From NCBI RefSeq assembly GCF_001194135.2, contig NC_068990.1:48885286-48940022 (forward strand): a stretch of 54,737 nucleotides of DNA, read 5' to 3'. Below, one piece after another: positions 45,490 to 54,737 of this stretch (within the stretch, counting starts at the first letter, position 1; every line of letters begins with the position of its first letter). Source of the stretch: Octopus bimaculoides. Lineage: Eukaryota. The translations under genes and the position numbers were made by a program. Below the pieces are notes generated by a model that was not told the origin of the DNA, made no database searches, and saw nothing but the letters and a program-made list of their open reading frames with translations.

Positions 45490-46247
45490 CAAAAATTAAT
45501 ATACGGCCCTGGTTCTGGTATGGAAGTGATAAATTCCAGACCACAATGTATCCTAGGCCATGCTGACTGACATTATTTTCCCTGTATAAAAACTCAAGCC
45601 ACAGCAGTACTCAGTATTTGCTTCACAAATTTTCCAAACTTTGATCCCCCATTTCGTGGGTTTTCCTGGCATATACTGTTTGTTTACATTCTGCGTAACA
45701 GTTTGTTTCCGCAGTGATTGCTTAAAACAAGCATACTGAAAAAATAAGTCTAACGGTTTCACTTCCTAAGAAAGATTATGGATAGACCCCATCTCCTCAG
45801 AAAAATTGCTAATAAAAACGTTCTTCAAGTTTTTACTTCATTCTGATGTAAAATCGTCTTTGCTGTCGCTATCGCCGCTTTCAGTTTCTTCAGAATTGCT
45901 GCTTGCGGTTTTGGATGCAGAAATATCCTATTCATTCTCGTACACCGCATGCTTTTGTACCTCATTCATTCTTTTTCTCAATCTCCATATTTTCCCTTGA
46001 AAAACCTTTAAATTCGGAATCACTGCTTGATAACATGAAACTCCGATCCATTTTCAAAGTTGAAAAAAAAAATCTATGCTGAAAAAATGTGGAAAAAGAT
46101 CTCTCAAAATTCACTGAGTTTAGATATTGCGTCAAGTCTTGTTGGATACTATAACTTCATCTATTTCACAAATGTACTAACAAGATTTGTGCTTAAATTC
46201 ACATTTAAATAACAATGAGTACTCTTGGCTGGCTACGACCGGGTTAG
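45490..46247 (-). mobile_element. piggyBac transposon, internally deleted/decayed
   Basis: QYMPGKPTKWGIKVWKICEANTEYCCGLSFYTGK (piggyBac catalytic-region motif), acidic N-terminal stretch ~45830-45920, CTAA-CCCGGTCGTAG left end at 46247-46233. Confidence 0.7.
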
Positions 46248-46249
46248 TA

Positions 46250-47830
46250 TCGAAAGAGTTTATTGGGAAATCAATTCAAAATTCATGATACAAAATAATA
46301 AATGGAAATACAAAATTTACCACTTTTATGAAAGGAGATAAATTCTATCACATATGTTGAAGGAGATTACGTAAGAGCTGGGTAAACAGCATTCTTTATT
46401 TTCTGGTTTGGGGCATAAATAAATAAGTCTTCCAAACTACCAAACCTGGAGCAACAAAGTTGACCATGAGAAAAGCAAGGCTCAATTAAGTGCAAGCCAG
46501 TAGATTTCAAAGTCTGACCCTGTGGCTTTAAGATGTTGCAAAGTTGTACTGGGAATTGTTTGTTTGAACTTAAATAACATATCCGTTGGTTTGATTGGAA
46601 TTCTTGGAATGAAAACCTTTTCCCCAGAGGCACATGCAGTGATGATGGTAGCTTCTATCACATTAGGTGATAAGGTCTTTGCAATCAGCCTTGTCCCATT
46701 GCATAATTTAGGATTTAAATTTTCTTACAGGCATTATTAAGACTCCTACCTTCAGAAAAAGTTTGGAGGAGTTCCAGGTAGCTTAAGAGAATTAAGGAAC
46801 TGTGTTGGGTAATGTACAGCTTGATTTTTCACCAAGGACTTAATCGACTGATTTGTGCTCTTTAATGACTGTTGGAATCTTATTCTCTAATTCATGGTTA
46901 ATCCTTACTGTCTTTTTTTTTTTTTCATAGCAAGAATTACCCTTTCAAACAACCATTTATGTGAATTATAATTATTACTTAAGTCTGGAAATATCCTATT
47001 CTTCAATTCATCTGGGGGAATTCACCATGATAGCAATATATCACCAAATTGATATCACCATTCCCATCAAATGGTACTTTCCTATTTCCTAATTGAAGGA
47101 GCCAGGTTGAAAACGGTTCTGCACATTGGTCCCTATGTAATAAAGCTTGCAAATTGGACTGTCATTTGTAACCAGGTTTAGCAATAATTTAAAGGCAGAA
47201 TGAGCTGTTTGTCCTTCTAGGAGAATGGCGGCAGCAAAGCCAGACAATGCTACAGCAGTGTTGCCTTACTTTGGAGAGAAGCAATGTTACAAATGTTTTA
47301 CCTGTGCCACCAGGAGCATAAAGAAAATTCCTCTACATTTTCCCTCTGATTAATGAAATAATTTAATATGCATGGTATTGTTCTGGAAGAAGTTTAGGTT
47401 CATGTTCATTCACAAATGCAGCCAACTTTGTTATAATTTGTCACTCTTGCTATGTTTCTGGCAGTCCAGAGCCAGACTTGCAAATTTTTACCTCTCATGG
47501 CCAGAACTTGATCAACAATTTCGATCAGTGCTTGGTTAAAAATTATTTTAGAGAACTGAATATTGATATCTGGGTTTGCCTGTTGAACTGCATACTTTAA
47601 GTCCTTGGTCATGTCCTCGTGATGCTTCCTCCAAAGCTGTAGGGGACTTCCAAGTTGACACATGTTCAGTATAATTGCAAAAGGGTTACGGAGTATCCTT
47701 GGAGAATCTAATACTGATGCCTTAGTCAATGCAAGGTCCCAATGCTCATCATTTTCTAAAAAAGCATTTACCCTCCTCGAGTCTTGGAATGATTTAGGAC
47801 CACGTACTTCATGCAAAAAGAGCTGTAAAT
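46250..47830 (-). mobile_element. Autonomous-type Helitron RepHel fragment (PIF1-like helicase), decayed
   Basis: LENDEHWDLAL..SPRILRNPFAIIL; YAPGGTGKTF Walker A; SGFAAAILLEGQTAHSAFKL; QFPVQL..QGQTL..GLHL..PCFSHGQL. Confidence 0.88.
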
Positions 47831-48365
47831 AGTAGCATTAGATGAAAAAACGAGTTATGTGAATATCTTCACACACGTACACGTCGGATCAAATGGATGT
47901 GTAAGAGGAAAAGTGAGCGAGTGAAGGGAAGCATACATCTTTGTATGTGAGAGAGAGTGCCACTTAGACATCTCTCTGTCTCGTGCACACATGCATACAA
48001 AAAAGATGTCGATATGTATTCATGTATGTACATGACAAAACTCTCTCTGTCTCTCGCACACGTACATAAATGTACATACATAAACACGTGTGCATGTGTG
48101 ACTAACTACGAATATTTGAACATGGGGTACAATAGTAAACAAAAATTAACAAAGTCTGTGGGTTCAAGCAAAATGTTTTTTTTCATTTTGAAGCTCCTTG
48201 TTGAATTGCAAAATTCTAATATATTTGTGTAATAATGAAATCGAACCTGGAGTGTTTATGTGAGAGAAGGGGAGAGAACATTGCAAATGATGAATGAAAT
48301 GAAAACGATGAATAGAAGCTTGTTATAAAAACTATTTTGTACTGAATATTTAAATTTCTGAATTT

Positions 48366-48733
48366 ACTCTTTTACTTGTTTCAGTCATTTGACTGTGGCC
48401 ATGCTGGAGCACTGCCTTTAGTTGAGCAAATTGACCCCAGGACTTATTCTTTGTAAGCCTAGTACTTAGCAGTTCGGCAAAAGAGGCCGATAGAATAAGT
48501 TAGGGGGACGTAAGCACACCAGCATCGGTTGTTAAGCGATGTTGGGGACACACACACACATATATACACGACGCGCTTCTTTCATTTTCCGTCTACCAAA
48601 TCCACTCACAAGGCTTTGGTCGGCCTAAGGCTATAGTAGAAGACACTTGCCCAAGGTGCCATGCAGTGGGACTGAACCCGGAACCCTGTGGTTTGTAAGC
48701 AGGTTACTTACCACATAGCCACTCCTGCGCCTA
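48366..48733 (-). mobile_element. Near full-length tRNA-SINE (CAGCATGG-type tail)
   Basis: Revcomp GGAGTGGCTATGTGGTAAG..GGGTTCAGTCCC..ACCTTGGGCAAGTGTCTTC..CAGCATGGCCACAGTCAAATGACTGAAACAAGTAAAAGAGTA. Confidence 0.85.
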
Positions 48734-48869
48734 TGTAACTTAGTAAATATTTCTTTCAGTAATTTAATTTGCAAATAGCAAATTTAAACTTGAAATGAAA
48801 ATGGAAAATTTCACCATTGCTACATCATTACCAGAAGTTAACATTGAGGAAACCTTTTTAAAGAATTGA

Positions 48870-48904
<35 letters not shown>

Positions 48905-48941
48905 NNNNNNNNNNATATATAAAGCAATATCCTGTTATATA

Positions 48942-50150
48942 TCTGAGGTCAAATTATTCATGCATCCCAAGTATGGAAGCAATTTGTGCAACCATTTTTG
49001 CATGAAAAGCAAATGCATACACTCATGCAAAAACAGACAGATCTATTTTTATCAGGTTGAGTAGAAAGTAAGCAATGTTTTGAACCATGAAAAATTTGTA
49101 GTTTTGAATTTAAAAAATTTTTTTTTTTAACATTTTTTTTGCAATTGCCCAAATGCATCAGTAAATTAACATTGATATTTTTTCACCATTGTTATAATCA
49201 TCTGAAATGGAACTGTCAAAGTGCATTCGAGCAATTTTGCTATTCAACTTCAAAAGAGGATGTAAAGTAGCTGAAACAGCTCGCAATATCAGTGAAACAT
49301 TTGGTGAGGAAATGACCAGTGAGTGATCAGCTCAAAAATGGTTGAAGCAATTTCGCAGTGGAGACCTGAACCTTGAATATCGTGAGCATAGTGAATGCCC
49401 ATCTATCATTGACGGTTAATTAAAGACCTTCATTGAGAAAAATCCATGTAAAACTACTTGAGAACTGGCGAAAGAACTTCAAGTTAGCCAGAAAACTGCC
49501 TGCAACCATTTGCATGCAATTGGAAAATCAAATAAGTTCGACAAATGGGTATCACATGATTTGAATGAAAATTAGAAAATGCACAGATATGATATTCACT
49601 TCTCTAACCAGACCAATCCATTTCTCGACTATATTGTAACTTGCAATGAAAAGTGGACTCTATACACTGATAAAAAAACGTTCTTTGCTGAAAACTTTCC
49701 CTAAACCCAAGTTCTTCAAGGTTTTGGTGGTGTACTGCTGAACTCCTCCACTATAATTTCTTAAAACCTGGAAAAACCATTACTGCAGAAACATATTACC
49801 AAAGTGAACAAAAAATCTGCTACTCCTCTGTTCCAGGCTTTACAACAGAAGAGGAGCAATCCTTCTTCATGACAATGCTTAACCACAAGTTTTACTAATG
49901 ACGCTCCAGAAGTTGAGGGAACTTGGCTACGAAGCTCTTATTCCCCAGAACTTTCTCCTACTGACTACCACTCTTTCAAGCACCTTGATGGTTTCCTGTG
50001 AGAGAAGTTCAAAAATCAAACCTATACTGAAAGTGCTTTCAAAGAGTTCCTCGACTCCAGAACTCGAGGTCAAATTATTCATGCATCCCATGTATGGAAG
50101 CAATTTGCGCGGCCATTTTTGCATAAAAAGCAAATGCATACACTCACGCA
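48942..50150 (+). mobile_element. mariner (DD34D) transposon, decayed and 3'-truncated, followed by a second copy of its 5' end
   Basis: IRAILL..KRG..AETARNI..FG; VTCNEKW; LLHDNA; LSPTDYH; ~84-bp direct repeat 48945-49028 / 50066-50150. Confidence 0.8.
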
Positions 50151-50457
50151 CTTTCAGCAGAGGTTTGATTTTTTAAAACTTCTCTTGCAGGAAAAAATGG
50201 TAGTCAGTAAGGGACACTTCTGGGGAATAAACTGGGTGGGGAAGAGCTTCATAGCCAAGTTCCCTCAACTTTTTATGTTACTGGAATAAACAAACTTGTA
50301 ACTCAGCAAAAATGTTTTGATTGTAATGGTTCTTTGTGAAAAAAATTTTCACAGTTGAAATATATTGTGATGAATTTCATGTTTCAGAACGATGAGATCA
50401 TTTTAGGTTATTTGGTGCATTTAAGTTCATTTCCATGGGTACTTTTGATATTTAACT

Positions 50458-50491
<34 letters not shown>

Positions 50492-51913
50492 CCTACTTTG
50501 CGACATTTTATTTGGTTGTGTTGATCTGAGAAAAGTGATGTCAATTATAAATTAGTTTCCAAGTCAGTCTTAGAAACAAATATAGCTACAAATAGTTTTG
50601 CCTCAGTAGTCATAAACAAAACATGGAATAAGTCTGTACACTGAGTTGCACAATTATTGGTTTGATGTTATTGGAAAAGTTAGCAAAAAGAATGGCATGG
50701 TCCTCAAGAGAAGCTAAGACTCTAACTTAGTTTTTTTTTTTTTTTTTTTTTCTCAGCCTGTGGTAATGGTTTTACTTTCATTAAAAATGGGCAAGAAAAA
50801 GGCTATTTAAAGGGTCAAAGTTGAAAAATAAATACCAACACAGTTCCAATATTAAAATCATTAATGGCAGAAATGTTAGCACACCGTGTGAAATGCTTAG
50901 CGGTATTTCATCTGTCTTTGCATTCTGAATTCAAATTCTGCTATGGTTGACTTTGCTTTTCATCCTTTCAGGGGTCGATCTAATTGACTGGGCCTTGTGT
51001 CTAGAGTAGAAAATGTTAAAATCATTGATGTAGGATTTTAAAAAAGAAATCATTAAATGTTCAATTGTGGCTATGTGGTCTCATTTAGTCTTCTACTATA
51101 CCTTGGCTTGATTAATAACTTCTAAGAGAAATTTGGTATGTAGATAGATGTAAGCATCAATGAGAAGTGAAAAGGTAGCTTTTTCTCTGCAATATTTGTG
51201 AGGCTTTGCACAGCCACAGGCATTTCTTATTCTTACTGTCAGAAAAATATTGAACTGGTAACTAATGTTATTGTTCATCAATTATGATATGAATCATTAC
51301 ATTTAATGCCTATACTATGCAGGTGCTGCTTGGCCAAATGGCTAGGTTTGCTTTGTAACTATAAAGTCCCATGAAAATCTGTGTCCTCTTGGGCAAATAT
51401 AATTTTCTACAGCCTTGGTTCAATGCATACCTTGCTCTTGAAATACGTGTGAGGTATAATTATATAGAAGCCCAAAGGATCAATAATGCATGTAACTCAA
51501 AAGGGAGTTTTGTCATTCTTACTGATTCTACATTAAGCACACACATCTGGAATACTCAGCAACTTGCATGTTAATTCAGAAGCAGGTTATTCAGTTTTAT
51601 TGAACAACTGAATCCACATCAACTGCCACATTTGTTATGCTCCTGATAATGGAGGTACTTTTCTTTTTGTTGTTGCAATACAGTTAGGCTCATAGGGTAA
51701 AAGGTTGCAAAGCTGCATTAGGTTCATGTAGCTGTACTGAGCTATAATAGTCCAACTGATTTATCCAGCAATTATAACAGGTCAGTTTTTTTTAGTTTTT
51801 TAAAATTAAACTTTTAGCCCAAAGTAAAAGTATATTCCACAATATGAATGTAAGTAAAGGAATCCTAAGTTTTGAGTGTTTAACTTGATTTCTGCAATTA
51901 TTAGTTGATGGTT

Positions 51914-52360
51914 GTGGAGGCGCAATGGCCCAGTGGTCAGGGCAGCGGACTCGCGGTCATAGGATTGCGGTTTCGATTCCCNNNNNNNNNNCAGTGGTCA
52001 GGGCAGCGGACTCGCGGTCATAGGATTGCGGTTTCGATTCCCAGACCGGGCGTTGTGAGTGTTTATTGAGTGAAAACACCTTAAGCTCCACGAGTCTCTG
52101 GCAGGAGATAGTGGCGAACCCTGCTGTACTCTTTCACCACAACTTACTCTCACTCTTACTTCCTGTTTCTGTTGTACCTGTAATTCAAAGGGCCAGCCTT
52201 GTCACACTTTATCACGCTGAATATCCCCGAGAACTATGTTAAGGGTACACGTGTCTGTGGAGTGCTCAGCCACTTGCACGTTAATTTCACGAGCAGGCTG
52301 TTCCGTTGATCGGATCAACTGGAACCCTCGACATTGTAAGCGACAGAGTGCCAACAACAA
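51914..52360 (+). mobile_element. Full-length tRNA-headed SINE with (CAA)n tail and TSD
   Basis: TGGCCCAGTGG A box, GGTTTCGATTCC B box; TSD GTTGATGGTT at 51904-51913 and 52361-52370. Confidence 0.85.
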
Positions 52361-53994
52361 GTTGATGGTTAAGTAATGGTGAGTTTGTTAGAAAAAGAAA
52401 AAAGTTTACACAGCAAGGAAGTTTAGGAATGCTTGGATTAGAATAATGTGGCACAAGTGAATCCAAAGACTTCTTATTTCTTTGTTGTATGATTGTGCAA
52501 ATAATAAAGGTATTTAGATCTAAGTCTTAGTCTAATTTGGCATGGCTGCCTGCAATTGATTGCAATAAATACTTTTTTTTTATTCAGATTATATTTCTCT
52601 TTACAAATAATGTTTGCAGCTTAATAAAATCATTGTAGAATGATTTCGCTAATGCTCTTAAAATTCATTCAAGAAATGGAAAAGTGTTTGCCATCTGCGA
52701 TAGAGGTACATCATAAAGATTGATATAGCCTCTTCAATGATTGTAATGAACAGCAAGAGCCATCTTAACTAAGCATATAGAATGGTAAAGTGATTGTGCT
52801 GAAAATTCAATACCAACCAAGAATTAAAATGGGCTGCTTAAAGCAAAGTTTGAAATATTGGCACAAGGCATAGAAATTAAGAGGCGGAGATTGATTAAAT
52901 TGATCTTCTGTACTTGACTGGTACTTTAGTGATCATGGAAGGATCAAAAGCAAAGTTGACTGCAGAACAGCTGGAACAAATACTACAAGGCACTATCAAT
53001 ACAGTTAATCCACAACAGTTTTCAACTTGAGCGAAAGATCAAATTTTGTGGGTAGAATATAGCAATTCAGATCAACTCCAATGCTTCATTTGTTCTTATA
53101 TTATTGATTGTGGAAAAATGAAAAAGAAAATAGATCCCGGCAGGATTTGAAATATTGCAATGCAGTTGTCATACTTACAATTGCTATTATATTATTATTG
53201 AAATGTCTGAATAGAGTAATATCGATTTCATTTGACAAGACAAAAGGAGTCTCAGAAAACTAAGCCTTGGATTCAGTCGCACTGTGTGGCACCTTGGGTG
53301 AGTGGATTTAGTAGCCAGAAACCATAAAAGCCTCTGTGTGTGTGTGTACATATATAATGGATGTGTTTGTACCTTTGTCTATATATCACATGATGGTAGC
53401 AAATGAGCATCATTGTCATAGAAACAAGATTGTTCATTTTCAGTCTTCTGTGTCTTGCTATAGGAATGTGTTTTCTTGGAAACAGAGGAAATTTGGCAAT
53501 GAGAAGGGCATCCAGGTGTAGAAAATCTACCTCATGGGCACTGATGATGAATTCTGATAATTACATTTTTTTAAAGCTAGAATATAAAAATAACATTGCA
53601 AATGNNNNNNNNNNNNNNNNNNNNNNNNNNNNNNNNNNNNNNNNNNNNNNNNNNNNNNNNNNNNNNNNNNNNNNNNNNNNNNNNNNNNNNNNNNNNNNNN
53701 NNNNNNNNNNNNNNNNNNNNNNNNNNNNNNNNNNNNNNNNNNNNNNNNNNNNNNNNNNNNNNNNNNNNNNNNNNNNNNNNNNNNNNNNNNNNNNNNNNNN
53801 NNNNNNNNCATACATAATACAATCAAAACTCACTCTTAAACTGACTTCACTAACTTTATCATTTTTGAACAGAATAGGATGATCAGAAATTAGGGAGTTC
53901 CTTTCGAAAGCAAGGAATTGTTGAATTGAACCTGCTTTTTTCCTTTTTGTTTTAAATCCATTCAATGGTTAATTTCTAAAAATGTGGAAATGGA

Positions 53995-54069
53995 TTTTTT
54001 GATACATATATATATATATATATACATAAAGTTATACATTTATATATATATATATATATATATACATAT

Positions 54070-54110
<41 letters not shown>

Positions 54111-54290
54111 CACATATATATACATATATATATATCCATATACACATATATATACACACATATATATACATGTATATACATATATATGCATATATATATA
54201 TACATACACATATGTATATGCATATATATATATATACATATATTTATATATACATACATATATATATATATGGACATATATATATACACT

Positions 54291-54330
<40 letters not shown>

Positions 54331-54342
54331 CATATGTATATA
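53995..54342. repeat. (TA)/(CA) compound microsatellite
   Basis: Direct reading; source of the YI/HI-repeat pseudo-ORFs. Confidence 0.95.
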
Positions 54343-54344
54343 TG

Positions 54345-54689
54345 AGAGGTAATGGTGTCAATAAGACCCAAAAGTATCAAGTAATGATGAGTAAGAACAA
54401 TGGACAGACTATAGTTAAGCTCCAGGGTCGGTGATTATGCAAATGAGGAGTCCAATGTAGGTCATATATCAGCATGTGTATATATAAAAAAAATTTCAGA
54501 ATGAGATAAAAATCCAAGGCTGCGAAAGATTTTAGAAGATTTATAAGTAGGTCTTACAGCTGTTTCTGGGATATTTTATATATCCTTTCATTGGAGACGG
54601 TGTGAGAAAATGGGTAAGCAATAGTTATTTTAGATAAGATATGAAATAGAGAGTGAAGTGGAGAAATGAAAATACATATATAAATATGC

Positions 54690-54700
<11 letters not shown>
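54345..54700 (-). mobile_element. Penelope-like pseudo-LTR fragment
   Basis: Pyrimidine tract then hammerhead-like motif on minus strand, same layout as 4045-4578. Confidence 0.45.
54551..54598 (-). ncRNA. Hammerhead-like motif (Penelope type)
   Basis: GTCT-CCAATGA-A-AGGATAT(loop)ATATCCCA-GAAA-CAGCT-GTA|AGAC: perfect stem I GTCT/AGAC, stem II GGATAT/ATATCC, palindromic ACAGCTGT; first core box deviates from CTGATGA. Confidence 0.55.
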
Positions 54701-54733
<33 letters not shown>

Positions 54734-54737
54734 ATAC

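Noticed and set aside
51931-52042. Tandem duplication of the SINE head around 10 Ns
   Set aside because: An identical overlap either side of a minimal gap is an unmerged contig overlap. A single TSD pair brackets the element.
53976-54434. Overlapping YI/HI/CV-repeat ORFs (also 5975-6402)
   Set aside because: Dinucleotide microsatellite artefacts.

Overview
AT-rich, repeat-dense animal genomic DNA with several assembly gaps. It is most likely a coleoid cephalopod (Octopus); I infer this from the SINE/LINE families and the microsatellite load. It holds two divergently arranged spliced genes. On + is the complete 10-exon mitochondrial ATP synthase F1 beta gene (ATP5F1B, 32301-42971, 523 aa, all GT-AG and in phase). 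On - is a DNAJC1/ERdj1 orthologue with 9 in-phase coding exons (28567-12624: J domain with HPD, TM segment, two SANT/Myb domains). I could not find its first coding exon, and it appears to have a 3'UTR intron. The rest is transposon debris: RTE, Tx1/L1, CR1/L2-like and Penelope-like retroelements, tRNA-headed SINEs, Tc1, mariner, pogo, piggyBac and Helitrons. Most notable: (i) a tRNA-headed SINE-like family carrying a minimal Penelope-type hammerhead ribozyme fold (3 copies), one arranged as a large inverted repeat just behind the ATP5F1B poly(A) signal, plus two further hammerhead-like motifs in Penelope fragments; (ii) a four-unit head-to-tail Helitron array at one A|T site with signs of terminator bypass; (iii) a PHD-type finger inside the RTE ORF. 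All alignments were made by eye, and repeat boundaries are approximate.
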